The notes: a model not told the origin generated them from the letters alone. DNA of 64,000 bases from a bacterium (GCA_035402825.1 DAONDZ010000002.1:65854-129853); one strand, 5' to 3'. Shown: positions 8,884 through 19,480, counted from the stretch's first letter. A program made the numbers and translations.

Positions 8884-10251
8884 TTAAAAATCGTAAATCA
8901 TGCCATACTGCGGTACCTCGGCCCGCAATTTGAATTCCCGAGATAACTTAGCTGATAACTCCAAGGCATTTTCGTCTTCCCCGTGATTTAAGAATATCCG
9001 AGACGGCTGAGGACTAACAAAGTGCTTGATATAATCAACCACCTGATTTTCATCGGCATGGGAAGAAAAAGCATTAGTCAAAGCTATCTTGGCTCGCACC
9101 CGTACCCGTTCATTCATGATACTTACCTGCTTGTCGCCGCGCAACAGCGCTCGCCCCGGAGTGCCCGGAGCTTGATAGGCCACCAAGAGCACCTGATTTC
9201 TGGGACCCTCCAAATTAAATTTCAAATGATAGGGCACGCGGCCGCCCACTCCCATACCGGAAGAAGCCAAAATAATATTCGGCGGCAAGGCTCCGTTTAT
9301 CGCTTTAGACTCGGCGCTGGAAGGAGTTAATTTCAATCCCGGGAAATTAAAAAGGTCATCGCCGGAGCGGATGAGATCCAATGATTTCTGATTATAGTAT
9401 TTCTCATACTGGCGATAGACAGCCAGGGCTTTAATAGCCAAAGGACTATCTAAAAATATCGGCAGTTTCGGCACTAATTTATTCTCCACCAAGTAATTAA
9501 GCTCGAATAATATCTCCTGAGTTTTTTCCAAGGCAAAAATAGGGATAATCAAATTGCCGCCCCGAGAAGCGGTTTCTAAAATAGCTTTCTGAATTTTAGC
9601 TATCCCCTCCTCTTTGTTTTCATGGACGCTGCCGGCATAGGTAGACTCGCAAATTAGAACATCAGTGCCGGAAATAAAATCAAGGTTGCGGACTATCGGC
9701 GAAGGCGAATTACCCAAATCGCCGGAGAAGACAATTTTCTTCTCAGTTCCCTCGTCGTTAATAAAAAATTGGAACATGGCCGAACCTAAAATATGGCCAG
9801 CATCATAAAGCATCACCTTTAACCCCGGAAAGATGGCGGTAGACTCATGATAAGGCAAGGTTTCAAATAACGGCATTAACCCGGCCACATCGGCTTCGGT
9901 ATATAGTGGTTCACTAGCGCTCATCTCGGCTTCCCCGGCAATAATATGAGCCGCATCTAAAAGCATTAGCTCGGCTAAATCCCGGGTGGCGTCGGTAGCA
10001 TAGACTTTGCCGCGGAAACCGTCCTTATACAATTTTGGCAACCGACCACAATGATCCAAATGGGCATGGGTTAAAAAAACCACATCGAGCTCTGCCGGGT
10101 TAAAATGAAAATCTTCATGATTACGCTCCAAGGCAAAACGTTCACCTTGGAATAAACCGCAGTCTATTAATATTTTATGCCCGTCCCATTCCAACAAGGA
10201 ACAAGAACCGGTCACCTCGCGGCAAGCGCCGTGGAAAGATAGTTTTATCAT
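8884..10251 (-). CDS. MBL-fold beta-CASP ribonuclease (CPSF73/RNase J-related)
   Basis: HAHLDHCG metallo-beta-lactamase motif, beta-CASP-length insert, C-terminal SSHAD motif. Confidence 0.85.
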   Translation of the reverse strand: MIKLSFHGACREVTGSCSLLEWDGHKILIDCGLFQGERFALERNHEDFHFNPAELDVVFLTHAHLDHCGRLPKLYKDGFRGKVYATDATRDLAELMLLDAAHIIAGEAEMSASEPLYTEADVAGLMPLFETLPYHESTAIFPGLKVMLYDAGHILGSAMFQFFINDEGTEKKIVFSGDLGNSPSPIVRNLDFISGTDVLICESTYAGSVHENKEEGIAKIQKAILETASRGGNLIIPIFALEKTQEILFELNYLVENKLVPKLPIFLDSPLAIKALAVYRQYEKYYNQKSLDLIRSGDDLFNFPGLKLTPSSAESKAINGALPPNIILASSGMGVGGRVPYHLKFNLEGPRNQVLLVAYQAPGTPGRALLRGDKQVSIMNERVRVRAKIALTNAFSSHADENQVVDYIKHFVSPQPSRIFLNHGEDENALELSAKLSREFKLRAEVPQYGMIYDF

Positions 10252-10298
10252 ACTCCGTCATTATACCATGAAAGAAACAAGCATGCTATAATAAAAAT

Positions 10299-10934
10299 AT
10301 GAATTTAGAAAAAGAAGCCCAACTCTTTTCCCAGGGGTACAAATTGATAGCCGGAGTAGATGAAGCCGGCCGAGGCCCCTTGGCTGGACCAGTGGTTGCT
10401 GCGGCCGTAATTTTTGATAGCCATTTTCAAATTGACTCGCCAGAATTAGAGAAGATAAAAGATTCAAAAAAATTAAGCGCCAAACAAAGAGAGCGGCTCT
10501 TCACCCTGATTAAAGAAAAAGCCGTGGCGATAAGTATCGGCACGGTCGGACACGGGACTATTGATAATATAAATATTCTCCAAGCCACCTTCCTGGCCAT
10601 GGACAAAGCCGTGGCTACATTAAGTGTACAGCCGGACTATGTTCTAGTAGACGGCAAATTCACTATCCCCCAATCCGACAAAAAACAAGAAGCGGTAATT
10701 GATGGCGACGCCAAAGTATTTTCCATTGCCGCCGCTTCCATTATCGCCAAGGTCAGTCGAGACTATTTGATGGCTGAGCTCCATAAAAAATATCCGGAAT
10801 ATAATTTTCTTCAACATAAAGGCTACGGCACTAAATCACACCTGGAAGCCTTGCGCGAATTCGGTCCTTCGCCCATTCATCGCCGTAGTTTTGAACCACT
10901 GAAAAGCTGGTTCCCTCTTCAAAAGAAAAAATAG
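10299..10934 (+). CDS. rnhB: Ribonuclease HII
   Basis: GVDEAGRGPLAGPVV catalytic motif and DSKKLS. Confidence 0.93.
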   Translation: MNLEKEAQLFSQGYKLIAGVDEAGRGPLAGPVVAAAVIFDSHFQIDSPELEKIKDSKKLSAKQRERLFTLIKEKAVAISIGTVGHGTIDNINILQATFLAMDKAVATLSVQPDYVLVDGKFTIPQSDKKQEAVIDGDAKVFSIAAASIIAKVSRDYLMAELHKKYPEYNFLQHKGYGTKSHLEALREFGPSPIHRRSFEPLKSWFPLQKKK

Positions 10935-11326
10935 CATAAAAAAAGAGACCCCAGGAAAGAGTCTTTGGCATGGGAATGCAAATGGCTATATCCTGAGGTC
11001 GAAATTCTTGTGATAAAGAGTTTTTTTGTTTTTGACAACTGGGTTGAATTAGTGGGATTTTATATTTTATGACTCCGGTCAAGGAAAGGTCAAATATTTT
11101 TTAATCCCGAGGCAAAAAGATTGCCGACTTGAACCTAGTTTGATAGAAAACAACTCTCTTTATAATTTCATCTTAATATTGGTTAAACGAAAACGCTTAT
11201 AGATGATAATGAAAAGCAAAAGTTGCTTTCCCTCGGCGTTTATTTTGTCTATCCGATATGAAGATTTAGAAAGTGCTATGGGTTGTAATGTACTTAAGAT
11301 TATTATAGCACTTTAGGGGCAGGGCG

Positions 11327-11893
11327 TCAAATTTCCGGATCCCTTTTAATGAGTTCCGGGAAGAATAAAGCGGCATCCAGCTCACCCCGGTCTTTTTCCG
11401 AGGTATAAATCAGGCGGCCGGGGTCATTGGCCCAGGGATTAATTTGAGAAAAATCAAAATATTTTTCCCAGGGCAAAGACTCTCGAAAAATAGCTGGCGG
11501 ATACCGGAGTGGATCTAGCCGGGCGCCAATTTTGCAGCGCAGACTGTCGTTAACATCCTCACCGACAAAGAGCAGAGCGAAACAATAACCAGCACAAAGC
11601 TCGCGCTTTAAGCTGGCCACTAATTTGCGCCCCAATTCAATGGCCGGAGCTTGATAAAGTTCCTGGTTCTGCCGGCGATTCTGATACTTCATTTCTTCAC
11701 CGACGCTTTGCAGCCATTCTGCATCGCGTAAGTAATTATCAAAATACCAATCAACGACATTCGGAGGAAGATGAGGAATGTTTTTGGGTTGTTTATACCC
11801 CGACTGATGTATTAGGCGATCCATAAGTCCACCGATATCGGCAGAGTGGCTAACCACATAAGGGCTAATTAAGACAACTGATGTTTGTTCCAT
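11327..11893 (-). CDS. Hypothetical protein (188 aa)
   Basis: Isolated ORF ending in TGA; no recognisable motif. Confidence 0.5.
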   Translation of the reverse strand: MEQTSVVLISPYVVSHSADIGGLMDRLIHQSGYKQPKNIPHLPPNVVDWYFDNYLRDAEWLQSVGEEMKYQNRRQNQELYQAPAIELGRKLVASLKRELCAGYCFALLFVGEDVNDSLRCKIGARLDPLRYPPAIFRESLPWEKYFDFSQINPWANDPGRLIYTSEKDRGELDAALFFPELIKRDPEI

Positions 11894-11929
11894 GATATCT
11901 GAATTTAACGATTAATTTTTAATGAACTA

Positions 11930-11959
11930 AAAAGGAAATTATCAAAATAATTTCCTTTT
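11930..11959 (-). terminator. Intrinsic terminator after the GerMN-like gene
   Basis: 12-bp perfect stem AAAAGGAAATTA/TAATTTCCTTTT with a 6-nt loop. Confidence 0.7.
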
Positions 11960-11996
11960 ATCTTATAGCAATAATACCAATCAGTCAATACGATGA

Positions 11997-12512
11997 TTAA
12001 GGTTGCAGGGCTTCGGCGGAATTGCCGTTAACGGCAATCACCACTTCCTTTACTTCGGGAAATTGCTTCAGGGTATTCACAATTTGTGAACGGACTGCCG
12101 CCACGCGACAAGAGCCACCCATACCAGTTTCAAAATCTGATTTAAAGTCCAAGGTGATAGTGCCGTCAACAAATTTTATCTGCGGTGGCGTTACCGTGGC
12201 ATTGAGGCTAGTATAGTAGCCGGCATTTTTCTCTATCCCCGTTGGTCCGATTAATAACTCCCTAATTGCAATATCATACTTCGGCGATTTAGCAGCAATG
12301 GAGCGCTTGACCCCATAACTCAAACTACAATCAGCGGCCTCAGGGTTAAGTTTGGAGTTGCCAAAAAATACCTTAATCTCATCGCGCAATTCTTTATTCA
12401 AAGGAATAGGTTGATAATCTTCCCTGACCTGTTTTTTCTCCTGGCGCAGCCAGCAAAACATAAAAGCTAGAAGCAACAAGACTAAGACGATAACTAAAAT
12501 TATTTTCTTCAT
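11997..12512 (-). CDS. Membrane-anchored GerMN-like domain protein
   Basis: N-terminal TM helix; LLIGPT..EK..GY and VVIAVNG resemble GerMN domains (weak call). Confidence 0.45.
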   Translation of the reverse strand: MKKIILVIVLVLLLLAFMFCWLRQEKKQVREDYQPIPLNKELRDEIKVFFGNSKLNPEAADCSLSYGVKRSIAAKSPKYDIAIRELLIGPTGIEKNAGYYTSLNATVTPPQIKFVDGTITLDFKSDFETGMGGSCRVAAVRSQIVNTLKQFPEVKEVVIAVNGNSAEALQP

Positions 12513-12514
12513 AT

Positions 12515-13801
12515 TTATAGTTTAATTTTAACTTCTTTTTCCCGGCCGCTTTCCATGTCTTTCAATTTATAAACCTTAGACCGCTGCTCGTCAGAGCCAT
12601 AAATTAAGACCTGAGAAAATCCTTGCTTGTTGGCTTGTTCTAAGGCCTTGCCCACCTTCATCGGTTCCAATCCCAAAACTACGGCCATTCCATCCTTCCG
12701 CAGACGAGCCGCAATCTTTCTTAAATCCGGAGCCAAGGCGGGATCCAGGAGCGGAGCTAAACAAATATTTTTTTGCGGACAAAATGACGGCAGAAGTCCC
12801 CAGCTTTCCAAAAAGAGTTTAGTGGTCTCATCGCCAGGAGCAAAACCGACAGCCGGGAAGCTTTGGCCGCCGAAGAGTTCGGCTAAACCATTATAGCGAC
12901 CGCCGCCGAACATAGCGCGGTTGTTGTCAGTATGATTATCAAACACTTCAAAGACTAAGCCGTCATAATAATCAAAGCCGCGAATAACGCTCGGACTGAA
13001 AACGACATAAGAGCCATAACCCAAATCATTTAAAATCGCCATGACTTCTGCCAATTCTTTCAATCCCGGATTTTCTTTCAATCCTGGTAGGCGTTCAGCC
13101 GCCTCTTCCACCGAAGTAGCGGTCATAAATTTGACGATAATATCAATTGCTTCATTATTTAATCCTAATTTAGTCAGAGAGAGCATGAAATCATTAGCCG
13201 AAAGTTTAAGATATTTATCCAACACTCTCACCACGCCCAATTTGTCCTTGTCCTTCACCTTCACTAAATCCAAAAGTCCGTCAATTAAATGGCGATTATT
13301 CAATCGCAACTCAAAAGAACGCGGCGGCGGGTTAAAAGCCAGAACTAGATCTAAAGATAGGCACAATATTTCAATATCAGCATTTAAACTATCACTGCCG
13401 AACAAATCGCAATTCAATTGCCAAAACTCTCGGTTGCGTCCGCGTTGCGGCCGTTCATTGCGGAAAAAATTAGCAATAGAAAATAATCTAATAGGTTTAG
13501 GCCAAGCGTCATAACTGCGCGACACCATCCTGGTAACACTGGGGGTCATCTCCGGACGCAAGGCTAGCTCACGGCCACCCTGATCCACAAAAACCATTAA
13601 TTCTTTTTGTCCCACATCTTCACCGCTTTTGGCGCGATAGATGTCAGCCGACTCTAAGGCTGGCGTGAGATACTCGGAAAAACCATAGCGCAAGCAAACC
13701 TGGCGCCAAGTAGAAAAAATATATTGCCGCGCCGCAAATTCCTGAGGCAGCCAATCATTAGCCCCTTTCACCGGTTGATTAGAGAGTATTTTTTTAGCCA
13801 T
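12515..13801 (-). CDS. hisS: Histidine--tRNA ligase
   Basis: LALRPEMTP and FRNERPQRGRNREFWQ class II motifs. Start moved to the ATG at 13801 because a TTGAGT-17-TATAAT promoter overlaps the longer ORF's N-terminus. Confidence 0.92.
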   Translation of the reverse strand: MAKKILSNQPVKGANDWLPQEFAARQYIFSTWRQVCLRYGFSEYLTPALESADIYRAKSGEDVGQKELMVFVDQGGRELALRPEMTPSVTRMVSRSYDAWPKPIRLFSIANFFRNERPQRGRNREFWQLNCDLFGSDSLNADIEILCLSLDLVLAFNPPPRSFELRLNNRHLIDGLLDLVKVKDKDKLGVVRVLDKYLKLSANDFMLSLTKLGLNNEAIDIIVKFMTATSVEEAAERLPGLKENPGLKELAEVMAILNDLGYGSYVVFSPSVIRGFDYYDGLVFEVFDNHTDNNRAMFGGGRYNGLAELFGGQSFPAVGFAPGDETTKLFLESWGLLPSFCPQKNICLAPLLDPALAPDLRKIAARLRKDGMAVVLGLEPMKVGKALEQANKQGFSQVLIYGSDEQRSKVYKLKDMESGREKEVKIKL

Positions 13802-13903
13802 AAAATTAGTTAATTTTGATATTTTCATTATACCCCATTCTCCGTCTAAACTCAACTCAAAAGCCCCCAAAAATGAACATTTTTGACACTTCCTGTCAAC
13901 CTA

Positions 13904-13932
13904 TTGACAAGTTTAGACAAATGTGATATTAT
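13904..13932 (+). promoter_or_regulatory. Sigma70-type promoter (TTGACA-17-TATTAT with TGn extension)
   Basis: Sequence match read directly; lies 40 nt upstream of the small ORF at 13973. Confidence 0.6.
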
Positions 13933-13972
13933 AAAGATATTAATCCTATTGTTGAACTTTAAAATCAGAAAA

Positions 13973-14188
13973 ATGAAAACTATTAAGATGTGTATTCCGA
14001 CCGCCAGTGTAATCGTACTTTTCGCAGGATTATTGCTTTTCGCAATCTGGTCCACCGGCTGCTCTTCTGCGGTGTATAGTGGTAATTGTGGAGCTTATTC
14101 CCACAAAACCACGAACCACGGAAAGAAAAGCTGCCCCTACACCAGCCGAAATCACGACACCGGCACTGCCCTGTATTCTCGTAGGTAA
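13973..14188 (+). CDS. Small putative lipoprotein/secreted protein (71 aa)
   Basis: MKTIK + hydrophobic core + STGC lipobox-like site; has its own promoter and terminator. The region is open in several frames, so coding status is uncertain. Confidence 0.4.
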   Translation: MKTIKMCIPTASVIVLFAGLLLFAIWSTGCSSAVYSGNCGAYSHKTTNHGKKSCPYTSRNHDTGTALYSRR

Positions 14189-14211
14189 CCGAACCGAAAA
14201 CAAAGGATACC

Positions 14212-14244
14212 AAGCCAGCCCCCTAAAGGCTGGTTTCTTTTTTG
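14212..14244 (+). terminator. Intrinsic terminator
   Basis: CCAGCC-ccctaaa-GGCTGG followed by TTTCTTTTTT. Confidence 0.7.
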
Positions 14245-14270
14245 CTTTAACCAGCAAAATATGGTATAAT
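14242..14270 (+). promoter_or_regulatory. Sigma70-type promoter (TTGCTT-17-TGgTATAAT)
   Basis: Extended -10 consensus read directly; lies 38 nt upstream of the mini-ORF at 14309. Confidence 0.55.
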
Positions 14271-14308
14271 TTAAGTACTCACCTAAGTCAAACCAAATAA
14301 ACTAAACG

Positions 14309-14422
14309 ATGAAAAAAACCTTTTTAGGCGTCACCTTGGCTGTCTCTGTAATTGTTGGTCTGACTTTTAGTTCTTGTACCCCAACCGAGCCTCTTTTTAA
14401 TATTCTAAAATTAAATCACTAA
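14309..14422 (+). CDS. Mini-lipoprotein candidate (37 aa; below the ORF-track cutoff)
   Basis: [23 protein letters not shown] has a signal peptide and lipobox (LTFSSC); the 3' end overlaps convergent rfbA by 12 nt. Confidence 0.4.
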   Translation: MKKTFLGVTLAVSVIVGLTFSSCTPTEPLFNILKLNH

Positions 14423-15136
14423 TTTGCTTTGCAATCTTTCTTTGGCTAAATTCTGAGCCTCCAACAAACTATCAAAAGTGCCGGCGTCAATCCAGGCCCC
14501 GGAAACCATGGCTACCTCCAATTCCCCTTTATCCAAATACCAGCGATTCAAATCGGTAATCTCCAATTCGCCGCGGCTGGAAGGTTTTAAATTCTTAGCC
14601 ACCTCCACTACCTGGCGATCATAGACATAAAGTCCGGTGACGCAATAATTGGATTTAGGGCTAGTCGGTTTTTCTTCAATGGAAATCGCTTTTTGCTGAC
14701 CGTCAAACTCCACCACCCCGAAACGTTCCGGGTCCTTAACCTCCTTGGCAAAAATCTTCGCCCCGCCTTTAAAGTTTTTTATATCCTCGGAAAAGTCATC
14801 TTCAAAAATATTATCTCCCAAAATCATGCAGACCGAATCCTCGTCAATGAATTTCTCACCGATGATAAAAGCCTGAGCTAGGCCCTCCGGTTTATCTTGG
14901 ATTTCATAAGTAAACTTCACCCCGAATTCTTTGCCGCTGCCTAAGAGATTCAAATAGTCGCCGGCTCGTTCCGGAGAAATAATAATTAAAATCTCTTTAA
15001 TCCCTGCTTTAATCAAAGTGTTAAGAGGATAATAAATCATCGGCCGATTATAGACCGGGAGCAATTGCTTGGAAGTCACTTTAGTACAAGGACGCAAACG
15101 AGTGGCGCTGCCACCGGAGAGAATGATACCTTTCAT
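14411..15136 (-). CDS. rfbA: Glucose-1-phosphate thymidylyltransferase-like sugar nucleotidyltransferase
   Basis: [15 protein letters not shown]....KQLLPV N-terminal signature; clustered with rfbB and rfbD. Confidence 0.85.
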   Translation of the reverse strand: MKGIILSGGSATRLRPCTKVTSKQLLPVYNRPMIYYPLNTLIKAGIKEILIIISPERAGDYLNLLGSGKEFGVKFTYEIQDKPEGLAQAFIIGEKFIDEDSVCMILGDNIFEDDFSEDIKNFKGGAKIFAKEVKDPERFGVVEFDGQQKAISIEEKPTSPKSNYCVTGLYVYDRQVVEVAKNLKPSSRGELEITDLNRWYLDKGELEVAMVSGAWIDAGTFDSLLEAQNLAKERLQSKLVI

Positions 15137-15140
15137 ATAT

Positions 15141-16004
15141 TTAACGATTTAATAATAAATATTCTTTTAGGGCTTCGCTGTAATGGCGGAGCTGAGCAAC
15201 TTTAGTGTTAAGTAAAACCGAAGCTTTCGGCCGAGCCGCTAATCGCTTCAAATCTTCCGGGCGCACCGGGGTTATCGGCACTTCCCTGTTCAATAGTTTA
15301 AAAAGAGTTTTGGCTCCTTGCAACCAAGTGGCTGGACCAGAATTAACTAAATGATATATTCCAAACGGTAGCTGACCAGTGAATAGCCGCCAGCTAGCTA
15401 CAGCCAAATCAGGGGTATAAGTAAAACAACTTAGCTCCCCATCCACCACCTTTAACTCCGGTTGTTCATCGGCCAAGCGGCGCATGATAGCAAAGAAACT
15501 GGGCTTAGCCATCTCGCTCTTGCCTTGAGGCCCAAAAAGTTTGGAGGTTCTAATGAGATAATATTTTAATCCCAAGGCCTCCCGAGCTAAAAGTTCTTTT
15601 TCGCCTAATAATTTGGAGCGACCATAATTGTTAATCGGATCAGGGGTAGTCTCCTCGCCATATCCTTCTTTATTTTCTCCGGAAAAAACATAATCGGTGG
15701 AATAATGAAAAAAGACTGCTTGATTCTTGAGGGCCCATTCAGCCAATACTCCCACTAATTCACCATTCAATCTCTGCGCCAGCGCATAGTCGTCTTCTTC
15801 ACATTTATCCACGGTATTATAGGCCACGGTATTAATCACCACTTCCGGATGCAAATCATTCAGTTTAATCAGCAGTTGAGGAAAGTCCAACATATCCAAG
15901 CTATCCCTATCCCAGCCGGTTAATTCCACTCCTAAATCCGAAATCAACAGCTTCTCCCATTGGCTGCCTAAGTTGCCCCGATTGCCTAAAACTAAAACTT
16001 TCAT
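15141..16004 (-). CDS. rfbD: dTDP-4-dehydrorhamnose reductase
   Basis: [13 protein letters not shown] Rossmann start and YSTDYVF...YGRSK motif. Start set to the ATG at 16004, which removes the overlap with rfbB. Confidence 0.85.
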   Translation of the reverse strand: MKVLVLGNRGNLGSQWEKLLISDLGVELTGWDRDSLDMLDFPQLLIKLNDLHPEVVINTVAYNTVDKCEEDDYALAQRLNGELVGVLAEWALKNQAVFFHYSTDYVFSGENKEGYGEETTPDPINNYGRSKLLGEKELLAREALGLKYYLIRTSKLFGPQGKSEMAKPSFFAIMRRLADEQPELKVVDGELSCFTYTPDLAVASWRLFTGQLPFGIYHLVNSGPATWLQGAKTLFKLLNREVPITPVRPEDLKRLAARPKASVLLNTKVAQLRHYSEALKEYLLLNR

Positions 16005-16006
16005 AA

Positions 16007-16972
16007 TTATTTCTTTAGAGGCCGCCACCAACCTTCATTCTCCTGGTACCATTTAATCGTCTCGCGTAATCCGGTGGCAAAATTAATTTGAGGAGAAAAG
16101 CCTAATTCTTTTTGGGCCTTGGAAAAATCAATGGCATAACGGAAATCATGACCCAAGCGATCCGGAACATACTCAATCATCTGCTCGTCATAGCCCAACT
16201 CAGCTAATATTTGTTTGGTAATTTCTAAGTTGCTCAATTCGCTGTTTCCTCCCAGGCAATAGGTCTCGCCGATTCTGCCTTTTTGCAATATCAAATCAAT
16301 CCCCCGATTATGATCATCAACATGGATCCAATCGCGAATATTTTTTCCTTGGCCATAGACTGGAACTTTCTTCTGATCCAAAAGATTGGTGATAAACAAC
16401 GGTATTAATTTTTCCGGATATTGGCGCGGACCATAATTATTAGAACAATTAGAAATAGTAATCGGCAAACCGTGAGTATGATAATAAGCTCGAACTAAAT
16501 GATCGGAAGCGGCTTTAGAAGCGCTATAAGGCGAACGCGGCGAATAAGGAGTCTCTTCGTTGAACTTCGGATCAGTATCAGACAATGCTCCGAAAACTTC
16601 ATCGGTGGAGATATGATGGAAGCGAGTATTATTTTTTCTGGCCGCTTCTAATAAGACCTGAGTACCTAAAACGTTAGTCTTGATAAACTCAGCGCTGGAC
16701 AATATAGATCGGTCCACATGACTCTCGGCCGCAAAATGAACGATGATATCTACCTGGGCCACTATTTTTTCCACTAATTCACTATCGGTAATATCTCCGA
16801 GAACAAATTGATAACGAGGATTATTTTCTAAACCCGCCAAATTAGCTAAATTGCCGGCATAGGTTAATTTGTCCAAATTAATAATCTCATCAGCCGGATG
16901 CTGAGTTAGCCAATAGTGAATAAAGTTGGAACCGATAAAACCGGCGCCGCCGGTAATTAATAATTTTGCCAT
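16007..16972 (-). CDS. rfbB: dTDP-glucose 4,6-dehydratase
   Basis: TGGAGFIGSNF, HISTDEV and YSASKA catalytic motifs. Confidence 0.93.
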   Translation of the reverse strand: MAKLLITGGAGFIGSNFIHYWLTQHPADEIINLDKLTYAGNLANLAGLENNPRYQFVLGDITDSELVEKIVAQVDIIVHFAAESHVDRSILSSAEFIKTNVLGTQVLLEAARKNNTRFHHISTDEVFGALSDTDPKFNEETPYSPRSPYSASKAASDHLVRAYYHTHGLPITISNCSNNYGPRQYPEKLIPLFITNLLDQKKVPVYGQGKNIRDWIHVDDHNRGIDLILQKGRIGETYCLGGNSELSNLEITKQILAELGYDEQMIEYVPDRLGHDFRYAIDFSKAQKELGFSPQINFATGLRETIKWYQENEGWWRPLKK

Positions 16973-17080
16973 ATGAGGGTATTATATAATATTTTAAATA
17001 TAATACCAACTTGACAATATTAAAAAATAATATTAAGCTGGACAGTCCGCTTAAACCGTACATTAATTAAACTATTAATC

Positions 17081-17551
17081 ATGAATGCAGAAATCGTAAG
17101 AAAAGCGCTGGAGTTGGTGACTCCGGCTATTGAAAATCTTCTGGCCACTATCGCCAAAAGAAACACTGTCCACGTTATCATCATGGACGCCACCAAAAAA
17201 CCCTGGGAAGCGAAATTCGAAGACGCCGTTCTGGCAGAAAAAACTTTCGGCGACCGAAACACCTGGGAACGAAAATATGATGAAGTTGCCAGAGGCAAAG
17301 CCAAACAAGGCTGGCGAATTGGCGACAGCAATTTCGCGCTTCAGGAATTAGGACCGGCCGGCATCAGACCCGGCGAAGTGCTCTATGTCGGGGGCTTCAA
17401 CTACCAGGGCCAATTAGTCTTCTGTTCCGGAGTGGAATCCTATTTCGACACCCTGATCTCGGGCTGGATTGCTTTGGCTATCCAACAGTTAAGCCGCCAT
17501 GAGTTGGAAAGGATCAAAAGCCTGCCCGGATTTGACGGATTCATGAAGTAG
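17081..17551 (+). CDS. Hypothetical protein (156 aa; possibly GlcG/DUF336-like)
   Basis: Only long sense ORF downstream of a TTGACA-type promoter at about 17020-17050; family assignment is weak. Confidence 0.5.
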   Translation: MNAEIVRKALELVTPAIENLLATIAKRNTVHVIIMDATKKPWEAKFEDAVLAEKTFGDRNTWERKYDEVARGKAKQGWRIGDSNFALQELGPAGIRPGEVLYVGGFNYQGQLVFCSGVESYFDTLISGWIALAIQQLSRHELERIKSLPGFDGFMK

Positions 17552-17699
17552 CCTAAAAACAAAGAAAATAATAAAAAGCTGGGAAACCGGCTTTTTTAAA
17601 TATCAAAATTGCCCTCTTTAGCCCTTGATTAAATTAATAAGTTATGATAAAGTGCCTAACAGGTTTAAAAAATGCTAAAAATAACAATATTTAACCAAT

Positions 17700-17975
17700 A
17701 TGAAGAAAAGCATCCATCCTAAATACAACGCCAAAATCAAGGCCAGCTGCGCTTGCGGTCATAGCTTTGAAACCGGCTCCACTGAAGCGGAAATCAAAAC
17801 TGATATCTGCGCTAATTGCCATCCTTTCTATACCGGCAAACAAAAATTGTTGGATACTGCCCGCCGCGCTGAAAAGTTCCACGCCAAGGTAGCTAAACAG
17901 AAGGAAGTCTCTAAGGAGCGGGCCACCAAGAAGGTAAAAAGAGCCGCTAAGGCCATCAAGAAAGCCGCTAAGTAA
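17700..17975 (+). CDS. rpmE: 50S ribosomal protein L31
   Basis: MKKSIHPKY...CxCG...[13 protein letters not shown] zinc-ribbon signature. Confidence 0.93.
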   Translation: MKKSIHPKYNAKIKASCACGHSFETGSTEAEIKTDICANCHPFYTGKQKLLDTARRAEKFHAKVAKQKEVSKERATKKVKRAAKAIKKAAK

Positions 17976-18055
17976 CTACTCAATTGGCCTCTCTACAATT
18001 GTAGTTTAACGTGTTAAACTATAGTTATCGGGAGGCCAATTTTTATTACCCAAAT

Positions 18056-19087
18056 ATGTACGAAGATATTCAAGCCAAATTTAAAGAATTGGAGAGCCAG
18101 CTATCTAATCCATCGGTAATGGATAATCTCGCTGAATATACCAAGCTTTCCAAGGAACACTCTAATCTCAAATTAGCTTCTGAGCTGATTTTAGAATTGA
18201 CTAAACAAGAAAAGCAATTGGCGGATAATGAAGAAATGGTCAACACCGAAAAAGATCCGGAATTGAGAAAAATAGCTGGTGATGAATTAGAATCAATCAA
18301 AGGCAAGATTGCGGAATTGAGAGAAAAAATTGAAGAAGAAATTCACCCCGCTAACCCCAACGACAAAAAGGATGCAATCGTTGAAATCAGAGGCGGCGCC
18401 GGCGGCGACGAATCCGCTTTGTTTACCGCTGACCTTTTCCGGATGTATACCCGCTATGCTGAAAGCCGCGGCTGGAAAATTGATATTTTAAACTCCAGTC
18501 CGATAGGCATCGGCGGCTACAAAGAAATTATCTTCGAGGTCAAAGGCCAGGGTGCCTATGGCCAATTAAAGTATGAAGCTGGCACCCATCGCGTTCAACG
18601 CGTGCCGGACACCGAAAAACAAGGCCGTATCCATACCTCAACTTCCACGGTAGTGGTACTGCCCAAAGCCGAAGAAGTTGATTTAGAAATTAAGCCTAAT
18701 GAAATTCGATTGGACACCTTCTGTTCTTCCGGCCCCGGCGGTCAAAGCGTCAACACTACCTATTCCGCAGTCCGCGTCCTCCATATTCCCACTGGACTCA
18801 TTGTCAGCTGCCAAGACGAAAGATCCCAACAACAGAATCGGGAGAAAGCTATGCAAATATTACGCTCTCGCCTTTTAGCCCGAGCCGAAGAAGAACGCTT
18901 GGCTAAAGAATCGCAAGAAAGAAAAGGCCAAGTGGGTGCCGGCGACAGAAGCGACAAAATCAGAACCTATAATTTTCCTCAGGACCGCGTTACCGATCAT
19001 CGCATCAATACCTCCTGGCATAGTATCGCCAATATCATGGATGGCCAAATTGATGATATTATCACCGCCCTCAAAAAACAGTTGTAA
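18056..19087 (+). CDS. prfA: Peptide chain release factor 1
   Basis: GGQ motif ([11 protein letters not shown]) and [15 protein letters not shown] recognition loop. Start set to ATG 18056, since the GTG at 18011 adds a non-conserved extension. Confidence 0.93.
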   Translation: MYEDIQAKFKELESQLSNPSVMDNLAEYTKLSKEHSNLKLASELILELTKQEKQLADNEEMVNTEKDPELRKIAGDELESIKGKIAELREKIEEEIHPANPNDKKDAIVEIRGGAGGDESALFTADLFRMYTRYAESRGWKIDILNSSPIGIGGYKEIIFEVKGQGAYGQLKYEAGTHRVQRVPDTEKQGRIHTSTSTVVVLPKAEEVDLEIKPNEIRLDTFCSSGPGGQSVNTTYSAVRVLHIPTGLIVSCQDERSQQQNREKAMQILRSRLLARAEEERLAKESQERKGQVGAGDRSDKIRTYNFPQDRVTDHRINTSWHSIANIMDGQIDDIITALKKQL

Positions 19088-19102
19088 TTAAAAAGCCCCG
19101 AT

Positions 19103-19480
19103 CTACGGACCAGGGCTCACTTTTTTTCTGACACTGGAGGGCATCAGCGAGTAATCATTTAAAAAGATAAAATAAACATGATTGCCCGCGATATTCTCCA
19201 AGCGACGGAATTGGCGCCTCAAGGCAATAGGAAACTCGGAATATAAACAATAAATCCGAATGCATTCCAAGGGCTCCAATCGCCAAATTTTCTTTTTTCC
19301 CTCTGGAGCTAAAATTAGCTTCTTGGGAATAGAAGGCGAATTAAATAAAACGATATCATCGGCCTGCAGTTTCCCGCTAGCCAACGCCTCATTTAAAAAA
19401 TTCACCACTATCGGCTCAACATGATTATAACTGGCTAAAAAGCCAAGGAATTCAATGTGAATTATGCCTTTTGTTTTCAT
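19103..19480 (-). CDS. Hypothetical protein (125 aa)
   Basis: Opposite-strand ORF filling the prfA-prmC gap; no recognisable motif. Confidence 0.45.
   Translation of the reverse strand: MKTKGIIHIEFLGFLASYNHVEPIVVNFLNEALASGKLQADDIVLFNSPSIPKKLILAPEGKKKIWRLEPLECIRIYCLYSEFPIALRRQFRRLENIAGNHVYFIFLNDYSLMPSSVRKKVSPGP

Noticed and set aside
13983-14300. Three overlapping 73-76-aa ORFs in other frames and strands around the small lipoprotein candidate
   Set aside because: They are mutually exclusive and lack promoters or signal features. They reflect a locally stop-poor, GC-rich stretch.
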